DNA of 64,000 nucleotides from a virus. Shown in pieces: positions 56,568 through 64,000 of the stretch (position 1 is the stretch's first letter; every line of letters starts with the position of its first letter). Made by a program: the position numbers and the translations under genes. The DNA is taken from positions 1 to 64,000 of the IMG/VR virus record IMGVR_UViG_3300021961_011210, one strand, 5' to 3'. The notes under the pieces were generated by a model. It saw only the letters and a program-made list of their open reading frames with translations, searched no databases and had not been told where the DNA came from.

Positions 56568-57490
56568 TTTCTTATATTTGGATAATTTTCAGTAAACCAT
56601 TGTATTGTATTCTTCAACCCATCCTTCAATGGTGTGAATTCAAAGTCGGAAGGTGCGTGGGTAATTGCTGGTTTACGCATTTGCCCTTTGGGTTTTGTGT
56701 CATCGAAAATTAAATCTTCACTATCGACGTTTAGCAAATTACATATTGTTTTAGCGGTTTCTAAGATGGTAACTTCTTCGGGGTTAATTGCCATAAATGC
56801 GTCGTCGGACTTCCAATTATCCATGGACCAAATGATTAATTTTGCTAAATCGTCAGAATATATTAATTGTCTCAACGGTGAACCATCACCCCAAACCAAC
56901 ATTTTTTCTTTGTTTTTTCTTGCCAAAAAGGCTCTATGAATCATTGCAGGAACCATATGTCCTTCTTCTAAATGGTAATTATCGTTTATCCCATATACAT
57001 TTGTAGGTATCACAGACACCCAATTCGCTTTTAGGACATTTTTGACAATTTTCATTTCATAACCGGCAAGTCTTTTTGCATAGGAATAACCATAGTTTGT
57101 GAAGTGAGGGGCTCCATTGTCGATTTGATCTGGTGTGAGAGGGTATGTGACTTCTTTGTCGGGAAATATACACGTGGATAATAAATTAACAAAATTGGGT
57201 ATTTCATTTCTAAATGCAGCTTCGATAACATTATTGTTAAGAATAAAGTTATCCAGAAAGAATCCTGTGTTGTTCTTCATATTGGCTTGGACACCACCAA
57301 CCTTAGCCGCGCAGTTTATGATTGTGTTGACTCCGTTTCTCTTAACTTGATGAGTAATGTAATCTAAAGTTTTGTTTCTGTCGGTTAAATCGACTTCAGT
57401 TCTTTTATGATATACATGTGAGTCACCTAATTGTCTTTTAAGTGATGATCCGACTAATCCCTCGGAACCCAATACTAAAATTTTTTTCAT
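56564..57490 (-). CDS. GDP-L-fucose/colitose synthase (Fcl/ColC-like)
   Basis: G..GLVG, AAKVGG..AN, STCIFP, YSYAKR, PTNVYG..DN, WGDGSP.R. Confidence 0.88.
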   Translation of the reverse strand: MKKILVLGSEGLVGSSLKRQLGDSHVYHKRTEVDLTDRNKTLDYITHQVKRNGVNTIINCAAKVGGVQANMKNNTGFFLDNFILNNNVIEAAFRNEIPNFVNLLSTCIFPDKEVTYPLTPDQIDNGAPHFTNYGYSYAKRLAGYEMKIVKNVLKANWVSVIPTNVYGINDNYHLEEGHMVPAMIHRAFLARKNKEKMLVWGDGSPLRQLIYSDDLAKLIIWSMDNWKSDDAFMAINPEEVTILETAKTICNLLNVDSEDLIFDDTKPKGQMRKPAITHAPSDFEFTPLKDGLKNTIQWFTENYPNIRK

Positions 57491-58548
57491 TTCATATTAT
57501 TTATTAAGTCCTCCCAAAGTTTATATACTTTTTGTTTTTTTACAATATTAAACTTTTTCATTTCATTAGAAATAGAAGTACTGTCAAAATCCTCAATAAT
57601 ATTGTGTAAATGATTGAAGTCATCAAAATACGTGATACATGGCATCCAATTTTCGTCATAAAAATCTGATAAAGAAATCCATTTTTTTATTATATCATCA
57701 TTTTTGAAGTTGTTTGGATCGACACCAGTAATTGGATTAATTACAGATTTGTTTCCCATATTATTCATGTAATACCAAGAAGATTCTCCCATGACTTTGT
57801 AATCTTTTTTGAATAAATCAAATAAAAACTTCTCACTTGGAAATAGAAGTGGCGTATTCGAGGTGTACTGTTCAAATACCGACATGTACGAAGGACAATA
57901 TGGAAAATGAACTATTCCTTTGTGAGATATTAAATCTTGATACTTGTGATTACCTAAATCAGACTTGTTTATAAATTTATCTGAGTTTAACTCTGTAAGA
58001 GTAGATTTACTGTAATAAACAAATTTATCTTTTGATTGTACGTAACCCTCTCCGTTATAATCACAAAGACTAGGGATATGTTGAACCTCTACATCTAAAA
58101 ATTGTTCGGTGTAAAATTTATCGTACAAGTTGTTTGCCACTAAAATTATTTGTCCATTTTTGTATCCGCTTTGTATAAAATCATTCGTTTTTTTCCATGA
58201 ATCTTCTTTAAAAGAAAAGGGCCACTCATACCTTATAGGTATATTCACAATTATTGGTTTGTCAAAGTTTTTGTAAAGATTCACAAAGGTTGGGGGGTAT
58301 GTTACAATAAACGCATCGAAACTGTTTAATTTTGTACCAAAACTCGAAAAAAATTCATTCTGATAATCCTCTGCAGATAAATGCATCCATCTTCCGTTGT
58401 CTAACATAGGAATAGAATCTTTTCTTCGATTAAAAACCCATGTATGATCAGATAAAGACATATCAAAAACTTTATGTCCCAATTCACCAAATATTTTTTT
58501 CATATCGGCAATTACGGAAATGTGTAAGTCAACATTAAAAAATTTCAT
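57487..58548 (-). CDS. putative glycosyltransferase
   Basis: FNVDLHISV, VHFPY..S.MS.FE, DFY; sugar-cluster context. Confidence 0.55.
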   Translation of the reverse strand: MKFFNVDLHISVIADMKKIFGELGHKVFDMSLSDHTWVFNRRKDSIPMLDNGRWMHLSAEDYQNEFFSSFGTKLNSFDAFIVTYPPTFVNLYKNFDKPIIVNIPIRYEWPFSFKEDSWKKTNDFIQSGYKNGQIILVANNLYDKFYTEQFLDVEVQHIPSLCDYNGEGYVQSKDKFVYYSKSTLTELNSDKFINKSDLGNHKYQDLISHKGIVHFPYCPSYMSVFEQYTSNTPLLFPSEKFLFDLFKKDYKVMGESSWYYMNNMGNKSVINPITGVDPNNFKNDDIIKKWISLSDFYDENWMPCITYFDDFNHLHNIIEDFDSTSISNEMKKFNIVKKQKVYKLWEDLINNMK

Positions 58549-58549
58549 A

Positions 58550-59248
58550 TTATTTGTAATTTGTCATTATTGGGTAAGGAAGTTCTCTAAGAATTCGTTC
58601 TCTGTGTTTGTATGATAATGGATGAAAAATATTTCCTAAAATTGTACTCCAATATAAAGGGTAATTTGAACTATTTTGTTCGTGGGGATGTTTGTGATCT
58701 CTTGGGTTTTGGGCGGGATTATTTTTAAGTAAATCATAATAACTTGTCAGTTTTTGATTTACAATATCAAACCATTCTTTGGTAAAATCTGTTTGAGGTT
58801 TACATATGAATGCTCCGCAACCAATTAATAAATTATAATTTTGTTTTAACAATGAATTATCCTTGGGTTCGAAGTCGTCTAACATGGTGTTGGCTATGTG
58901 ATCGGGATGTCGTTCTTGATATCCGACTACGTCAACCTTATGAGTGGAAATTAAAAAATTGAAATACCCTAACCATGAACCTTGTACATTTTTTATGTCC
59001 GAATACCCTCCACCATAAAAATGCATAAAATAACATCTCAAATAATCAGTTTTATGAACTTCCGATAAAAACTCGAAAGAGGGGTGTAACGGGTATTCCG
59101 TCAATACCCATGATTTCAAATTATACTTTGTAATTAACTGAATTGGAACCCCGCAGTTATTTGTGAGTAATTCAAGATTTTTTTTCCTGATTTCAGGTAA
59201 ATCCCCTTCATTCATCCAAAAACAAAATATTCTTTTTTCAAAACCCAT
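58550..59248 (-). CDS. GT32/capsular-polysaccharide-synthesis-like glycosyltransferase
   Basis: IFCFW, H..DYLR...M..YGG.Y.D. Confidence 0.75.
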   Translation of the reverse strand: MGFEKRIFCFWMNEGDLPEIRKKNLELLTNNCGVPIQLITKYNLKSWVLTEYPLHPSFEFLSEVHKTDYLRCYFMHFYGGGYSDIKNVQGSWLGYFNFLISTHKVDVVGYQERHPDHIANTMLDDFEPKDNSLLKQNYNLLIGCGAFICKPQTDFTKEWFDIVNQKLTSYYDLLKNNPAQNPRDHKHPHEQNSSNYPLYWSTILGNIFHPLSYKHRERILRELPYPIMTNYK

Positions 59249-59873
59249 GTTTTATATAATTCGAAAGTTTTTCTGTTATTAATGTAGGAAATATATTTTG
59301 AATAACCAAATTACGGAGGTAGTAGGCATCTTCCGTGAAATATTTTGTTTCATCAAATTTATGATTTGCAAAAATTTCTTTTGTTATTGACACATGTCCG
59401 CAGGTAAAATCTAAATGTCCTTGAGTGCTTGTTGGGTAAATGTGACTATCTACTACCATATCAAGATAATTTTTTAAGATTGTTGGCTTTTCATATTTGG
59501 TTCTGCTGAAATCATAATCGGGATAAGATGATTTTTTGTAGTCATGCACAACAACCTTTGAATTTTTGAAGGCTTCTAATAAGAACTCATTTCGTTGTAC
59601 ATGACATGTATCATCTGCATCAATAAATGAAATTATATCTGTATCCAAATTAGATGCTGCTATGTTGCGATTGGCAGATGCTCCCAAGTTATAATTAACC
59701 ATCGAAACAATAACTTCAAACTTATAATCTTTAGGTAATTGGTAGTTTGAAACACCTGAAATACTTAAAGAAACTTTGTCAGGGAGTACTGTTGATTCTT
59801 CAATCGAATCCAAAATTCTTGTGAGGTATGCTAAGTCTTTTCTACCTACAGGGATTGCAATTCCTAAAGTCAT
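59238..59873 (-). CDS. glycosyltransferase family 2
   Basis: IAIP, ASANRN, ISFIDADD, ED. Confidence 0.8.
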   Translation of the reverse strand: MTLGIAIPVGRKDLAYLTRILDSIEESTVLPDKVSLSISGVSNYQLPKDYKFEVIVSMVNYNLGASANRNIAASNLDTDIISFIDADDTCHVQRNEFLLEAFKNSKVVVHDYKKSSYPDYDFSRTKYEKPTILKNYLDMVVDSHIYPTSTQGHLDFTCGHVSITKEIFANHKFDETKYFTEDAYYLRNLVIQNIFPTLITEKLSNYIKHGF

Positions 59874-60538
59874 AATACTAATTTATAATCGTCGGTTAAT
59901 GGTTCATCATTTATATTCATACGTTCCCCAACAAATCTGCCGTTTACCCTTTCAATGGGGAACGGTTTTTTTTCGAAAAAGTCGTCATGTGTGGTTCTAT
60001 CTTCTTGAAACATTTGATAGATTACTCTCAGAAAATTCTGATCATCTCCATAGTTATTTCTCGAAACATTTGGGTATTTCAAAATAAGTTTAGTTAGATT
60101 TACAACACCTCCTTTAATTCCCCACATTCCTCCTAACATTCCCAATTCAAAGTTTCCTGCTGGTACACTGTGGTACGGGTGATCTCTCATTACATGTAAT
60201 GTTTTACCACTTGAAATCCATTCTTCTACTGCCAACTTCTCACGAACACTGACTCTTGAATCTGTGTCACGAAATATCGCATATTCACAGTCCTCCAAAT
60301 CGGCAGCCAAAAATCTCCAAAACATTCCATAGATTCCCATGGTTGTAACATCAATACATTTAATCCCCATTGATTCTAGTTTACGAATAATTGCGGGAGA
60401 AACTGTATTGTTATAATATACTATCATCTCCCAACCTTCATAAATCAATTTGTATTGTTCTGCATTTTTAATTGCACCAATGCTGTAAATCGGATCTTTT
60501 CCCCAAAGACTAAAACTAATGTATCGTTTATTTCTCAT
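59870..60538 (-). CDS. putative GT-A glycosyltransferase
   Basis: ISFSLWG, GMFWRF, FRDTDSR, HVMRDHP.H, GGMWG, DQ.FL. Confidence 0.65.
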   Translation of the reverse strand: MRNKRYISFSLWGKDPIYSIGAIKNAEQYKLIYEGWEMIVYYNNTVSPAIIRKLESMGIKCIDVTTMGIYGMFWRFLAADLEDCEYAIFRDTDSRVSVREKLAVEEWISSGKTLHVMRDHPYHSVPAGNFELGMLGGMWGIKGGVVNLTKLILKYPNVSRNNYGDDQNFLRVIYQMFQEDRTTHDDFFEKKPFPIERVNGRFVGERMNINDEPLTDDYKLVL

Positions 60539-61275
60539 TTCAGTTGTTCATAAAATTTTTCAAATCTATTTGGTTCCAAAGGTGATGTACCATGCGAGTT
60601 CAGTTGAAAATGCTCAACATAATCTTTGGCTAAAAAAACTTTTCCTTTCGTTGTAAAATAAAAAAAACTTAAACTTCTTTCGTGTGCATGTCCGGCATAT
60701 TGAAAATCTTTCATCGATTCAAAAACAGGTTCAAACCACTTTAAATATTCTATGAGATATTCTGTTCTCCATGTTGTGTTACTTGTTGCACTCCATTGTG
60801 TATTAGATGGGAGTTTGGATAGTAACTCATCTATGTCGACACCGTGTTTATCTTTAATTTTCTCAATCATCAAATCACTCCATATTCTGTCTTTGATATA
60901 ACAAGGTTCTTGTAACGACATAGGAAAAAACCCAATAAAATCCATTTTTGTCTTCGATAATTTAGTGACAAAGTCGGAGACATCCTTTTTGATATTCATA
61001 TCATATTCAAACATTATTGAATATTCAGAAGTTAAAAGTCCATTTTTCCAAAGAGCATACCATCCGGTAAATGACGTCCATTTAGGGTACTGTTCTATAT
61101 TGATTGGAAGGTTTCGAGCTATTATGACGTTCTCTAAATTTTCTACTTTATCAATATTCCCATTACCGACAAAAACATATTTGAGATTAGGGAGTTCGGA
61201 AAATTTATTGGTGTTCAAATAATCAATTATAACGTTTTGATTATGTACAAATATAAAAGAAGATATCAGGTTCAT
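60535..61275 (-). CDS. putative glycosyltransferase-like protein
   Basis: FEYD, H.HER motifs; cluster context. Confidence 0.5.
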   Translation of the reverse strand: MNLISSFIFVHNQNVIIDYLNTNKFSELPNLKYVFVGNGNIDKVENLENVIIARNLPINIEQYPKWTSFTGWYALWKNGLLTSEYSIMFEYDMNIKKDVSDFVTKLSKTKMDFIGFFPMSLQEPCYIKDRIWSDLMIEKIKDKHGVDIDELLSKLPSNTQWSATSNTTWRTEYLIEYLKWFEPVFESMKDFQYAGHAHERSLSFFYFTTKGKVFLAKDYVEHFQLNSHGTSPLEPNRFEKFYEQLK

Positions 61276-62000
61276 ATCAATTTAATTGCGTTTTTATTTA
61301 GATATGCAGTATACTCCACAGCGTTTTTAAGTCTATAATGAGTATTTAAATTGTGTTGTCTGTTAAATGTTGATTGTCGGGATGCTAATGTTTCATATCT
61401 TTTGATTACATATTCTGGCGCCAAATACTTGTAATGTAAAAGCATCAATTCGGCTTTTTCCGATTCTTTATAATCACTTGCATTTGACTGATGTGCTCCG
61501 AAACCAAAAACCATGTCAACATCAGGATTGAAAACAATATTTTTACACATTGGTTCATAAGTTTCATGTGAACCGTATTGTACGATTTCAGTAATGAGTC
61601 TACCATCGTATTGTGGAAATTTTTTACTAAACATATCTCTCCCGTCTATTTTAGGAACTTGAATACCTTTTTCTTTGTATTCAGCAAGTTTTTGCAGTAG
61701 ATTCGGGTGGTATAGTATTTCATCACAATCACAAGTGATAACCCAATCAACATTTTGATTTCTACTTTTTGTACGATATTCTAAAGATTTTATCTTTCTG
61801 TTTATATCGTCGTTCATAGAGTCTTCACTTTCCCACTTTATAACCTCGACTTTTTCGTACTTTTCATAAATTTCATCAGAAGAATCTGTGGACATGTTAT
61901 CATACACAAAAATTTTACTACAAATAGTTGAGTAATAATCCAAAATGAATGGGAGAATTTTTTCTTCATTCCAAGCTATTATATGTGCGTGAATATTCAT
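61272..62000 (-). CDS. glycosyltransferase family 2 (Glyco_tranf_2_4-like)
   Basis: WNEE, YDN.STD.S, WV..CDCDE, G.H, LLHYK. Confidence 0.8.
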   Translation of the reverse strand: MNIHAHIIAWNEEKILPFILDYYSTICSKIFVYDNMSTDSSDEIYEKYEKVEVIKWESEDSMNDDINRKIKSLEYRTKSRNQNVDWVITCDCDEILYHPNLLQKLAEYKEKGIQVPKIDGRDMFSKKFPQYDGRLITEIVQYGSHETYEPMCKNIVFNPDVDMVFGFGAHQSNASDYKESEKAELMLLHYKYLAPEYVIKRYETLASRQSTFNRQHNLNTHYRLKNAVEYTAYLNKNAIKLI

Positions 62001-62001
62001 A

Positions 62002-62787
62002 TTACAATTTTAAATTTTTTTTCCATAATTCTAAAACTTCTTGATTGGACAATTTAGAAACTTCATTTTGTGTTTCTTCATTACCGTAAAAATCTGTGCC
62101 TGTAAGATAAGATTCGTCCTTCACTAAACAAGCAACTTCTCCCTTTGACGAATGGTAAACCCTTCCAATCATGTCATACATTTCTTGTTTGTTTGTAGTA
62201 TGCCCATAAAGAACAACTTCAGGAGTTAAAAGCGGTTTGACAAACTTTTGGAAATAGTTTGAATCACCAATATGTCCGAATAAGTAAATTTTTTCGCATT
62301 TATCTTTTTTAGCTCGTATTATAGAAATGTGTGTTTGTTTTCTTTCCTCGATTGTTCCAATTATACCAGCCACTTTTGAAACTTGGGTTTTGTCTTTTTT
62401 TTCTAAATTTTCTTTCAGATTCGGAATAATAACAAAGTCTTCATTGTAATCCGAGTGGTAATCACGATGTTGTTGATGTAGAAATACTACTTTGTCAAAA
62501 TATTTTTTTATTTTACCAACAGGAAACCACCATTTTTCATGGCAAGACAATAGAACAACTTCAGCGTTTGGACGAGAGTCGAGTTGTGTGAAATGATAAA
62601 TAAGTCTATCATCCTCTTCAATTTTTAAATTTTCAATTTTGTCTGATTTACATTTTCCCAAGTGATAATCTTGATTACCATATAGAGTGCAATCGATACC
62701 GTTTTCGTTCAAAAAATTTGTCAGTGTTATAAAAGCAACCGTAGAACCGCCTTTATCTGTGTATCCTGATATAATTTTTACTTTCAT
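62002..62787 (-). CDS. glycosyltransferase (GT-B, GT4-like)
   Basis: GGS...., HE, G.I..RK, S..E...LV..E. Confidence 0.65.
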   Translation of the reverse strand: MKVKIISGYTDKGGSTVAFITLTNFLNENGIDCTLYGNQDYHLGKCKSDKIENLKIEEDDRLIYHFTQLDSRPNAEVVLLSCHEKWWFPVGKIKKYFDKVVFLHQQHRDYHSDYNEDFVIIPNLKENLEKKDKTQVSKVAGIIGTIEERKQTHISIIRAKKDKCEKIYLFGHIGDSNYFQKFVKPLLTPEVVLYGHTTNKQEMYDMIGRVYHSSKGEVACLVKDESYLTGTDFYGNEETQNEVSKLSNQEVLELWKKNLKL

Positions 62788-64000
62788 TTTTGTTGTGTGA
62801 TGAAGGGGTGTAGTTCCTTATTATTTTGCACAGATTGATTCAAATTTTTAAAGTCCAACAAAGTTCTTTCCAAAAAGTAGTCAGCCAAAAATCCATTTTG
62901 AACCACTAAAGAATTAGTGTCAACCAAAACTTTTTTCTTTTTGGATGATAACATCATTGCAAACTCATTGAAAAATAAACTGTTCTCGTAGTTAATGTTA
63001 AACCAATCAACTAATTTTAAACTCGCGGGTGACGTACATATAAAATTAACAAAATTACCTACAGGATTATTGACGTTTCCAAACGAATAATTGTAGAAAG
63101 AGTTTTGATGATTCAAATGAAGTCCTAAGTGATTTTGTTTACTCAAAGTGATGTATAATGATGAAGATAATACGTTATTTCTCTCATCAAAAGCTAAAGG
63201 GAATGAGCATCCAAATTCACGTTTGGATTGCTTATAAGTCTCAGACATATTGAAAAAAACATCATTTAAAATATCAACTTCATCTGTTGAAATGAATACC
63301 AATTCAACACCCTCCAAAATTTCATCTTGATATTTTAGTATTGAAGAATTTTTTGGGAAGTCGTTGAAAAAACCCTCAAAAACTTCTACTCCTTCAATTG
63401 ACTGCAAATCTTCATAGTTGTTGTCATTAGATATAACACAAATTTCTAGGGTTTCGTGATTATATGTTTTAACAGTTTCTACAAAGTTTTTTGTTTTTTC
63501 TGTGTCAGTCGATTGAACAAGTAGGATTGAAGGAATTTTCAATTTATTTATTTTCTTGTTAAGAATAATTTCAGGTTTCATAAAAATAGGTAAGTTATCA
63601 TCATACTTTTCGATAAAGTATTCACGATTAGTTTCCCATTGCTCATTGGTTTGTCCCACAGATTTATGGGTAATTCTAACGTCAAAAATGACACCGATTT
63701 TTACGTTTTGAAGGTAATTCGAGACACAAAAATCTAAATCATAAAAGTGAAAACCTTCAATATCCTTTCCAAAAGGATTTTGTATTTTTGTTTTATTAAC
63801 TGCGATGAAAACTCCATCAACAATCACAGTAGGGATTATTTCATTAACCCAATTTTTACAATATTTTGATTCCCAACGTTTACCATCACTTTCGTGGTTT
63901 ACAATGCCAACCATTTTCGACGGGTCTTCCCACCATTTACCTGATGCTGGTAAATTTGTAGTTCCTGCCACACCAAGAATTCCGTAATCAGATTCTTCAA
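62784..64000 (-). CDS. glycosyltransferase-like protein (5' end beyond window)
   Basis: frame open to window edge; G..GVAG, VDGVFIA, FHFYD.D, H.S.G. Confidence 0.7.
   Translation of the reverse strand, partial: EESDYGILGVAGTTNLPASGKWWEDPSKMVGIVNHESDGKRWESKYCKNWVNEIIPTVIVDGVFIAVNKTKIQNPFGKDIEGFHFYDLDFCVSNYLQNVKIGVIFDVRITHKSVGQTNEQWETNREYFIEKYDDNLPIFMKPEIILNKKINKLKIPSILLVQSTDTEKTKNFVETVKTYNHETLEICVISNDNNYEDLQSIEGVEVFEGFFNDFPKNSSILKYQDEILEGVELVFISTDEVDILNDVFFNMSETYKQSKREFGCSFPLAFDERNNVLSSSLYITLSKQNHLGLHLNHQNSFYNYSFGNVNNPVGNFVNFICTSPASLKLVDWFNINYENSLFFNEFAMMLSSKKKKVLVDTNSLVVQNGFLADYFLERTLLDFKNLNQSVQNNKELHPFITQQK

Noticed and set aside
860-63987. Numerous short antisense or nested ORFs in the track (e.g. 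860..1261, 3302..3628, 33570..34040, 36635..37150)
   Set aside because: Shadows of well-supported genes on the opposite strand or frame, with no motifs or start signals
1-64000. Stop-codon reassignment (code 15 or 4), as in some jumbo phages
   Set aside because: Terminase, portal, MCP and other genes are full length in code 11 and coding density is high
50142-64000. Bacterial LPS/capsule locus (host contamination or prophage boundary)
   Set aside because: Same composition and tight packing, continuous with phage sigma and baseplate genes, and no wzx/wzy/transport genes

Overview
AT-rich segment of a very large T4-like (myovirus) jumbo phage genome, read with standard code 11. The host is probably a Bacteroidota/Flavobacteriia bacterium, given TAnnTTTG promoters, Q-rule signal peptides, a GET- tmRNA tag start and bS21. 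Layout: (1-26 kb) accessory genes and probable capsid-packaged proteins, including mgsA, a thioesterase, a secreted nuclease, a GH19 endolysin, OmpA-like proteins, an M28 peptidase, ClpC, Hsp20, KTSC and a nucleotidyltransferase; (14.5-17.4 kb) an RNA island missed by the ORF track, containing tRNA-Leu(UAA) split by a group IC3 intron whose P1 loop encodes an HNH endonuclease, a tmRNA with an unusual 21-aa tag, and an unassigned structured RNA; (26-42 kb) head module with terminase, portal, bS21, prohead protease, scaffold and major capsid protein; (42-50 kb) baseplate-type genes and a gp55-like late sigma factor; (50-64 kb) a large glycosyltransferase and nucleotide-sugar cluster (NDP-heptose enzymes; Gmd/ColD/ColC-like GDP-colitose pathway). 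Recurrent patterns are a TATTTAT putative late promoter, probable leaderless mRNAs, and a shared N-terminal leader on unrelated proteins that suggests a capsid cargo-loading system. All calls come from reading motifs by eye; no searches were run.
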